DNA of 64,000 bases from contig WELB01000009.1 in assembly GCA_009602725.1 (NCBI GenBank), positions 94,374 through 158,373 of the forward strand, read 5' to 3'. Under the pieces are notes generated by a model that was not told the origin of the DNA, did no database searches, and worked only from the letters and a program-made list of their open reading frames with translations. The translations under genes were made by a program, and so were the position numbers. The DNA comes from Spirogloea muscicola. Its lineage: Eukaryota. Every line of letters starts with the position of its first letter. Position 1 is the stretch's first letter. Of this stretch, positions 55,001-64,000 are shown piece after piece.

Positions 55001-57635
55001 AGCACTGACAGATATTTTTGGTGGCGTAGGGGGCTGCGCTCTACCCCGACAATCATGCCGGGCGTCACCGCGTCCATGACATCTGGATTGCCAGCTTTGC
55101 CGATTCCGATAATCCTGCAGCCCTTGATTCCAACGTCAGCTTTGTAGATTCCAGTGTAGTCCACAATGAGGGCGTTCACCAACACCAGGTCAAGGCTACC
55201 CTGCGGCTGGGTGCCAGTTGCCTGCACATAGAAACAGTGCGTAGGCAACGGCTCAAAGTCAAGCTAGAGGAGGGACATATGGACCTATGCCCTCGCTCAG
55301 AACCATGGACTGGAAATGATTAATCCCATATCTTTGACCATGCACATGAACAGTTCTTGCTACTCCACAGGTCAAGTATGCCGGTCCTGCATATAGAGTG
55401 TAGAAGCTGCGGCGCAAGGTAAGATGCATACTGCACAACAGCCACACAGAGGGCCCAATAGGAATGCTTGGTCTGGACCTGGCCCATGCCCTCGCGGAGC
55501 ACCTTCCCCCCGCCGAACTTGCACTCATCACCGTAGACAGTGAAGTCCTTCTCCACCTCTGCGAAGAGGTCCGTGTCGCCCAGCCTCACTTTGTCGCCGG
55601 TTGTGGGGCCAAAGACGGATGCATAGTGCTCTCTGCTCATGACTGCTGTGAGCTCCTCATCCTTGCCTGTCATTCCACTCCTGACAACCACAGATACTTC
55701 AAGAGCTTAGTAGAGTGACAACTCTTAGGCTCAAAGATTTAGCATGCGTATCCTTCAAATTTGCAGCCAAGTTGGATGAAATACTCCTCCTCATCATGAG
55801 CAGTGACTGCAATGCCCTGAAACCGACCGATTTTTGCTTCTTGACTCCTCATCAATCACATGTAAATTCGACATGGGTTTTGCGAGCTCACAAAGCATCA
55901 AGCTCGTCACTGTGGCCAAAGCCCAGCCGCGAGATCTTGTCCATGATCCCTGGAAGTGCTTCCGGCAGCACTGGACCGTCTGCAAGGCCATTGCCACCAT
56001 AGATTGCCTTCTTGCCAGCAATGCTGACCAGCACCACAGATTTGCTGTCCCCGGGCTGCAGAGGAGGCGTTCAGCACTTGTATGAGAATCTAGCTATCAA
56101 AGCAGAGTTGAAGATGCAGAGACATGGACAATAATTGGTTTAAGCTATGGTTGAAAGTCACGGGCTTTTGTGTTATGTGTTCAAGGTTCACCTCAAAGCG
56201 CACAGCAGTGCCTGCAACTATGTTCAGGCGCTTGCCGTAGGCCTTCTTCCGGTCAAATACAAGATAGGGGTTCACTTCAATGAAGTGAAAATGGCTCCCC
56301 ACCTGTGACTTGCAACAAAGATCAATGTGAAGCATTTGAAGCCTATGCAAAAAATTCTCTCGTGGCTGTGAAGTCATATAGCAAGGAACTTTGTCGAGAT
56401 CGATGTAACAAAGGAAGCCATAAATGTGTAACACTATTGCTCATCACAAAGTGCTGATGCTCAGAAGCGGCCAGCTTCACACGGCACCTGAATCGGCCGA
56501 TCGCAGCGGCTGACCACTGTCAGGCGGACAGCCTCGCGGCCCTCGTTGATTGTGAGCTTGCCGGGCATGGTCACAACCACCCCTGGAGCCTGAACCTCCT
56601 CGGCTGCCGCAAAAGCGCCCTCCTTTGGAACTGCACGCGTGAGAGGCGTCTAGTCACTGATTGCCCAGAGGCTTAGTTTGCTCTCCATTTTAGAATGGAG
56701 CTGCATGGCAGAGGCAGGTTCATGTGCAGAGCATACCTGGGAGGAAGGAGCCATGCAGGGCGAGTGCAAGGTCGCCGTGTTCCCTGCTGATAGGATGATG
56801 GACAGTCACCAGCTTCGTCCCGTCTGGGAAGGTACCCTCCACCTGGCAGGTGAGTGATGCAACTTTGTGAGGAGCCCGACACTGTGCGCCCATCAGTAGA
56901 TGGCCCTTACGAAGTTATTGCTGGATGGAGCAAGTGGCTCATCATGCAGGACACAATTCAAGGTTTCTGTTGACTGTTACTAGTGTGATTAGATTAAGCT
57001 GTTGCAGCTGCTAGGAAAGAGCACTGCTGTTTTGACATCAGCAGTATGCTCGGCTCGTGGCATTGGCCACCTGAACAGATTCCAGCATGTGCGGGATGGC
57101 TGGGAGCACATTCCGCCTGCCACAGCCACATATCGAGGATGTTTCAGTCGTCACATATGCAACTGAACACTGAGCAGCATCACACTGAGGTTGCCGGATC
57201 ATCTTAATGGCAGCAGGACAGGATCTCCTTATGACTATGCTCACCGGCCGAGGAGCTGCATACCCAGGTCCATGAGCTCCGCCACGCTCTTTCCTTCCCT
57301 GATAAATTCCAGGACCTGAGCAAAGGAGCATAGCAGGTGAGATTGTACAATAGTTACTTATATGATATTGCTGCCTTCCAGGTCCTTGGGCCAGTAATAT
57401 CACTTCAACTGCATACTGATTCTCAGCGAATTGCATGCAAGCTTGCCAGAAGACCACGAGAGCCTCAGGAAGCGAGCGAATCCTTGACAAGTCTCATAAG
57501 AGTCCTCACTTGGGTGGCAATGAGGGCCACAGCCTCGGCATAGTTGAGGCGGAGGCCACGGGCGAGGCGCTTCTGCGCCACAAAGCCCGCTTGGTGCAGC
57601 CGCAGCTTGTCCACTTCCCGCGGGCTGAGCTTCAT
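52043..57635 (-). CDS. URE: Urease (single-chain gamma-beta-alpha, plant type), about 19 exons
   Basis: [145 protein letters not shown] (stop 52043-52045). Confidence 0.98.
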
Positions 57636-58654
57636 GTTGGCGACCACCCAGTTGCGCAGTACCTCAGCGCCTCAGGCCCTCAACGACCTGCACCTTCTCT
57701 TTCTGGAGGCCGAGGGTGCAGCAGCTGTTGCGACGCTCCTGATGGTGTGCAGCCTCCAAAGAGTGGTACTAAGACACAAATGGTCCAGCCGTATGGAGGA
57801 TAGGCGGGGAACTGAAGCCCAAGTCACGAATTCCCTGCACCTGCACGCAAAATTAGCACCAATGAGCTGCATTACGACGGCAGTAGTGGCAGTCGGAAAA
57901 GGTGCTGCATTGTGGGCTGATAAGTTGTGCATGATCGAGGATCACACAGACATCTGAGGCCGTAGTGCATTTAAAGAAAGGGGCCAGCCAGCCACCACAG
58001 TACCAAGGCGATGCAGCATTGCCCGACAAACAGCGTCTGCCGCCTGGTGAAAAGTGGGTGAGCGAATGTGGCATCACCTCGGCCTTGTCGCAGCAGAGGG
58101 GAGGCGTATGCGGAAGACGATGACCCGCTTCGGCCTGGTCGCTGTACTCTGCAACGGGCTGTCGTCCAGCCGCCGTCCGCTGGCAAGCGAGGTGCTGCGC
58201 CTGACGGCGTCCGCGAAGGTCCCGCTGCCACTGCCGCGAAGGCCCAGCTCGGACGAGCGGCCTCCTGCACAGCTGGCGGCGAGGCCGGCCGGCACTGCAG
58301 CTGCTGTTTGGCGTGGAGCTACCCTGCCTGACTGCATCAGCACAAGGAAAGGACCAGGCGGCCAGCGTCAGCGGCAGCGTCGGCGTCGTAGTCGGAGTCA
58401 GCTCCTGCGTCATCGTCAGCTTATGGCAGCCGCTGGGGCCGCGGTGAGGTTTGCGAGGCTCGACCGGCAGCTCCTCGTCGGCGGCGCTTGGCTGCCGCGG
58501 GCAGCGGAGCGGCCGAGGCGCGTGGCGGGCCCTGCGGCGCAGCCGCCGGCGGGAGGCGGCGGCGGCGGCGGCGGCGGAGGCGGCGAGGCGTGGCTGGCTG
58601 GGGCGAGAGCGGAGGTCCTGCAAGAAGGGCCAGCAGCGAGGGCGCTGGTCAGGC

Positions 58655-58695
58655 CGGCCTAAACCCTAACCCTGGACCCCAAATCCTAAGCCTAG
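58655..58695. promoter_or_regulatory. Telo-box-like repeats in the GC-rich divergent region between urease and MurJ
   Basis: CCTAAACCCTAACCCTGGACCCCAAATCCTAAGCCTAGG, located inside a predicted minus-strand intron (~58730-58619). Confidence 0.5.
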
Positions 58696-59335
58696 GCCCG
58701 TTGCGCAGAGCAGGCCTGCGCGGGGCCGACCTCGACGCCGGGGGGGGCGGAGGAGCCTGCGACGCTGGCGCAGNCGCGTCCGCGGGCCGCGCCGCACTCC
58801 GCGGCGGCGGGCGCGGCGCGAGGGGCGGGCGGACACTGCGATCCTCCCGGCGTTCGGGCACAGCTCTCCGATTGGCCGCCGAGCCGCAAGGCCCCCACGT
58901 GGGACTCCACGTCAGCACGACACCCGGCGCGTCGTCGGGCGCCCGACGAAGCCGGCAGGTCCGCCCGACGGTTCGGCACCCTGGGCTGGGCGAGAGGCGG
59001 CTGGCTGGCGGACGATTGCGGCCCGGGCGGCCGATGACGGCAGACGCTGCCGCCAATCGTCCGCAGCGGGAGCCCCAGGGGGTGTCGTATCCGAGGTCGC
59101 CTAATCTGGCCTCTTAGCTGTCGGGCATTTAGCTGTCCACCAGTCGACAGTAGTCGAAGCGCCCGCGGCTGCCGTTAAGGATTCACCGATAACTCACCGC
59201 TGACCAACTTCTCTCACACTGCTCTCCAGCGCCAACTCGGCAGCGCGTCCTGCAGCTGGCTCTCGCCGCGGCGGCGGCGGCGGCGGCAACGGCGGCGGCG
59301 GCGGCAAAGCCGGCTCGGCTGAGCCTCAGATCGAG

Positions 59336-62300
59336 ATGACAGCAGCCGCGCTCGCTCCAGCGGCGGCCTTCTCTGAGGCTGCTCGGGTCCCGTCACGGCT
59401 GCCTTGCCGGCGAGCGCCGGGGTCGTCAGCTTCCCACGTTGCGATATGCCGTCCGGCGACGCGCCTCGGGAGCTGGCCTCGCCTACGATGCAGGCGCAGT
59501 GGAGCAGCTGACAGGCCGGCTCTGCCAGCGCGCTCGATCGCTGCGCGAGCCGCGGCGGCTGCCGCCAGCGCCGCAGCTGGCGGCTCCGAGCAGGAGTCTG
59601 CGGGAGGCAGTTACACGCGCAGAGCCTCTGACGATGGTACGGCTCAGCCCGAATTCCACTACAGTGCCGAACGCTATCCAGCACTTGGCTTGAGAGCTGC
59701 TGCTTGGCAGGCAGCCCACCCTGACAAGCCGGCTCAATACAAGGAAACCTTAGCACCTTCATGCGCAATGACCCTGATGATCCGTGTTGCGAAAGTGTCG
59801 TCGCACATATTAATGCACGGTCTGCTGAAGCATGTGTGTTCTGAAGCCCCGTCAGGGACTCTGCACAATGACATCTGTTTGATGAAGAGAGAGCGGTGCG
59901 TTTACTGCTGCTTCTGAGTAGACTGGTCTGGACGAGCTCGCACAGAAGGCGCCTCGCTGACAGAGCAGCTTCTGCAGGCTTTTAGAGCGCACTTCTCAGC
60001 AACAGTGTGACTAGCGAAGCATGCGCTCTCTGTAAGCTATGAGCTGCTCATTGAGCAAGCTGCATTGACACACCTGCGCGGCTTGTTGGCCCTGCCAGGT
60101 AACCTTGTGCGTGTCGCCCGCATTGTGGGAACCTCTGCTGCAATCAGCAAGGCCATTGTGGGGCTCCACTGCACCTCACAAAAGCGTATCAAGAGCAGCT
60201 TTCATGAGAGTGTTTTAACAGCTGAATTCTCGCACAGATCACCTGCTCTTGCTATGCGGTCTGACATGCTCATCACCTTGACAAGAGAGCGCAAATTTTG
60301 CATTGTGCCTAGCCAGGGGACATGCCGTGAGGCTTTGCTTGCTGCTGCTTTTGGCGTGGGCCCTGTCATGGAAGCTCTGAGGTGAGGTCTCTGGCATCTC
60401 TCTCCTTTCCTGACAGCGCTGCTCACACGCAGTCTAAAAGCTGAACTTCTGGACACCATAGCCTAATACACCTGATCACATGGCCCCTTGAATCCAAAGT
60501 GTTGACTTTTTCTAAGAAGCCTGGATGGCCACCCGACGGCAACTCTGATTGACTGGAGCTCTCTGAGCATATTACTTCGTTACATAACAAGTACCAAGAC
60601 ATGCATTGGGTTGTTCATGCAGTTACTCGTCAATGATACCAGGCTTCTTCATCGGGCTTCTTGGAGGTGTTGCAGACCCCTGCCAGGCTGTTGAAACAGT
60701 TCTCTTTTCTGCTAATGGGAGATGCTTGACATTACCCGCCTGCATCCTATCCTGCAGCCTTGCTGCTGTCTTCCCTGACGATGCAAGCTTGTCAGAGAAG
60801 GATACTTATGGCAACCTTCTTGTGTTGTAGGAATAAATGGTCCATTTCATGGTTCCATCACGGCAGCACTGAGGTTTGCAACCGCAAAGCTCATCTGTGA
60901 CTCCTATCCGCAGTGAAATTGCTGGGATCTGCTTGTCGCTACTGATAAAGCCAACACGCAGGCTATTCTATACTATAAGAAACTCATAGCAGCTGATCCA
61001 ACAAAACAAGCAGCCAATTCATCTCATGCACCTCTTGAGGGTGCAGCAAGAGGAGCAAAGAGGAGGCCCAAGAGCTAATACAGAAGGTCTCCACGCTTGT
61101 CACATTGGTAGCATCTGCACCCTCACTTGATACAACATGGCAGGACTTTTAGTGACATGTTCTTTCTAGGTATTGCAACCTGCCATATTTTGTGAGGCTA
61201 GCTGCTGCAAGAATCAAGAGCTTAACAAGCCTTTGCTGGTGATACGTTGGCTCAGGTATTTTCAATCGTCAGCCTGGCCATATTCGTCTTCGCTGGACCT
61301 ATCATCAGATTGTGTGCACCCGGGTGGGGCTTCAGCAATCTTTCCTGGCTGCCTGTCACCCCATCTCGCAGTGGCGATCATTACAAGTCTCAGCTTCTGG
61401 CATCTCCATCGCAGGCTGGTGGGGGCTCCTCTGGAGCGAGCTGCAACTGTGAGCATAGCCACCATGCAGGTCAGCATGAAGCCTTGATTAAGGGAGGTTG
61501 AAGGACGAGAATGTGGGGCTTCATGGGAGAGCTTGATTTGACTGTCTTTTATTGCATGCAGATGGAGTCTTGGTCATTACCATCACTGTAGCCCACTTGC
61601 ATAGGCCTGATCCTAGCACAGAAAATATGCAAGCACCAGCTTCATCTGATTCCCACAGATTGATCTCGTGTTGCAGCTGAAGCTGATGGCACCTGTGGGA
61701 CTTTTGTCGGCACTCAATGGTGTTGGATTTGGGAGCCTCACGTATGAACACAACTGGCCGATTATTACATCTATTGCTCATTGACCTGCTATGAAGTGAG
61801 AGACGAGGCCTAAGGTGTAGATGTCCCTGGCTCAGTGGTGACTTACTAATTTTAAATTGGATTCTGTTTGCTTTCGCTGCAGAGCTGCTGGCGTCTATGG
61901 ACTACCTTCACTTAGTCCCTCTTTAGTCAGCCTTAGCATCATGGGGGCGGTTCGTAGACCTTGTTGCTGATGTATTGCCAAGCTTGCTGCATCATCCAAT
62001 TTATGCTGCAGCTTGTTGATGACAGCAGCTACTGCTCCGTCAAACCAACAAGCCCACGTCTCTTGAAGTTGAATTTATTGTATATGAACATTGCTTGCTT
62101 CAGTGCATATAGTCTCTGGCTTCTCTGTGCTTATAACAGTATGTAGGATGAAGAACTTTTAAATTGTATCACAGGCTTATGCTCAATCTGTTCACTTTGG
62201 ACCTGCAGGTAGTGATTCATTGGCTGCGCACTGGTTCAGCAGATGCCGCGCAGCACCGCATGGCAGGTTGGTATCTCTCCGTCAGCCTTCGCTGATGCTT

Positions 62301-64000
62301 CTCTTGATCATGATCAGGCACCCACAGATTGTTGGCCTCCATGCAAATGCAAGCATCCTCTGTTTGCGGCTGCAGGAGGCGTGTCCATTGCTGCAGGTTT
62401 GCTGTTCGGCATCTGCTGCCAGTTCCTATTCCAGGCAAGGAGAATGACAAGGCCCTGTAAGACTATTTCCTTGGTTGTGGGTCATTCAGGCAACCCTTGC
62501 TGTGGGACTAGCACTCCTTGACGTACACATTTTGTCTCCTTGTCTCAGCGAGCAACATAGCAATGTAGCATATGTCCCTGCAAAGCTCGCAAGTTGTAAC
62601 TCCATGCATGTGTGCTTCACTTCTGCGGTTGCAACAATAGACCACAGCCCTTTCTTTCACAAAGTCAGAGTCAAGTCTATTAGCTGTAGCAGCGCAGATT
62701 GTGCCACTGATAAAACACCGCGCTTGGCTTGTCTGCAGACGACAGCTCAAGCCAAAGCTGGCATGGGGTCCTTTCGACTCCGATTCAAGAATCTCTTCAA
62801 GGATGAGGGTGTCAAGGAGGTTGCTTGACCCATATCACACTGATACAGCTTCCTGCTTGCCTCTAAGAAGAGCGCAGCTCTGTCATAATTTCGTCTTAGT
62901 AGTTCTCCCCAGTCAGCAGTGATATGGTATCCCACTTATGTAGCAACTCAGGTCTGGAGGTTCTGACAGTCTTTGAATCGTCTGTGGATCTCATGGGTTT
63001 TGCAGGTCATGGATGTGATGATTCCTGCTTCTGTGGCCTCTGGGATGCTCCAGTTTGCAACATACACAGACCTCTACTTTGCTTCCTTCATCCCAGGCTC
63101 TGCAGCTGCATTGAATTGTGAGGGCAGCTAAAATCGTGCTTACCAGCATCAGCATGATCACTTCGATTGCAATCTGAGCATCCCCAGTCCATGCCTCTAT
63201 TTGTTTCTTGATACACAACAGTGGGGTTAATGTCGTGTGCAGTTACATTGCTGTAGCTTTAAAGAAGTACATTGCCCTTCATACTGCAGATGCAAACTTG
63301 TTGGTGATGGCTCCCTTGGGTGTGCTTTCCACGTCCCTCCTGGTTCCTATCCTCCCTGTCTTTGCCCGCCTTTCGGATGTGAGTTGACCACAAAAACATC
63401 CACTCACTAGTCAATGGTCCACTCTTACTCTGCTGAATGTGTAATGCAAGCACACCTGATATGTGGGTCGACAAGAACAATCACTCCACTTGTGTCACCA
63501 CTAAGTAGCAAGACTGCTTGGGAGAGCACCTCCAATTAGCAATGTGTAAATTAAGATCAACTTGGTTCATTCAGCAGTACTGCTTGTGCAGCCTTCCAGG
63601 TGGTCTGAGCTGAAGCAGAGGGTGCGGGAAGGCCTCGTCGTAGCAGCGGTATCAGCTTTCATAGGACCAAGAGCATAACTTGCAACATGTATTGGGCTTT
63701 TCTTGTGGTGGCCGGTTCTTTGTTGATCTTGTAAGCATGTAGCATCAAGCTGCACAATGACAAAAACTCAAGTTATCGCCATGCTTGTGGTCCTTGGGTT
63801 GCTGTGGACATAGTAACAGTAATGCAGGGCTGCTTCTTGATGTCAGGCAGTGACGTTGCCCCTGAGCGCCATCATGATTCCCTTGGCGAATCCCATTGTC
63901 CGGACCTTGCTGGAGCGAAGCACTTTCAATGCTGCCGCCTCATCCTCGGTGTCATCTCTTGTTATCTGCTGTCAGTGTGCCTCATTTTCCTTCAGGCAGC
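59336..64000 (+). CDS. murJ: MurJ/MviN lipid II flippase homologue with a plastid transit peptide; continues beyond the window
   Basis: Ala/Arg/Ser-rich N-terminus, then VARIVGTSAAISKAI|GTCREALLAAAFGVGP, YSSMIPGFFIGLLGG|INGPFH, IPASVASGMLQFATYTDLYFASFIPGSAAAL, ANLLVMAPLGVLSTSLLVPILPVFARL, LLERSTFN. These match cyanobacterial-type MurJ motifs. Confidence 0.88.

Noticed and set aside
48925..57635. Recent bacterial transfer or contamination as the source of the urease cluster
   Set aside because: Urease is the fused plant form with many spliceosomal introns, ureD has 7 introns, and UreF and UreD look plant-type.

Overview
Eukaryotic, GC-rich, intron-rich nuclear DNA. The plant-type proteins, short GT-AG introns, telo-boxes and a plastid MurJ suggest a streptophyte green alga (inference). 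There are three assembly gaps. Genes read by joining exons by eye: a 5'-partial minus-strand ORF at the left edge, a TCF1-like RCC1-repeat protein (-) head-to-head with a PP6/FyPP phosphatase (+), plastid acetyl-CoA synthetase (+), an OFUT36/POFUT2-like O-fucosyltransferase (-), SQD1 (+), a Wee1/Myt1-family kinase (+), a NOPCHAP1/DUF4598 protein (-), and a secreted EXORDIUM/PHI-1 protein with a Pro-rich stalk and a C-terminal CBM14-like Cys domain (+). These are followed by a tandem co-oriented urease > UreF > UreD cluster (-) with only 96 and 121 nt between ORFs, and a plastid-targeted cyanobacterial-type MurJ (+) that runs off the window. Intergenic blocks are filled with 5'-truncated 3' ends of RLE-type (CRE-like) non-LTR retrotransposons that share a conserved 3' hairpin. 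The top candidate for an undescribed system is the operon-like, possibly polycistronic urease-maturation locus; the second is the EXORDIUM-CBM14 chimera. All homology calls come from remembered family motifs, not from database searches.
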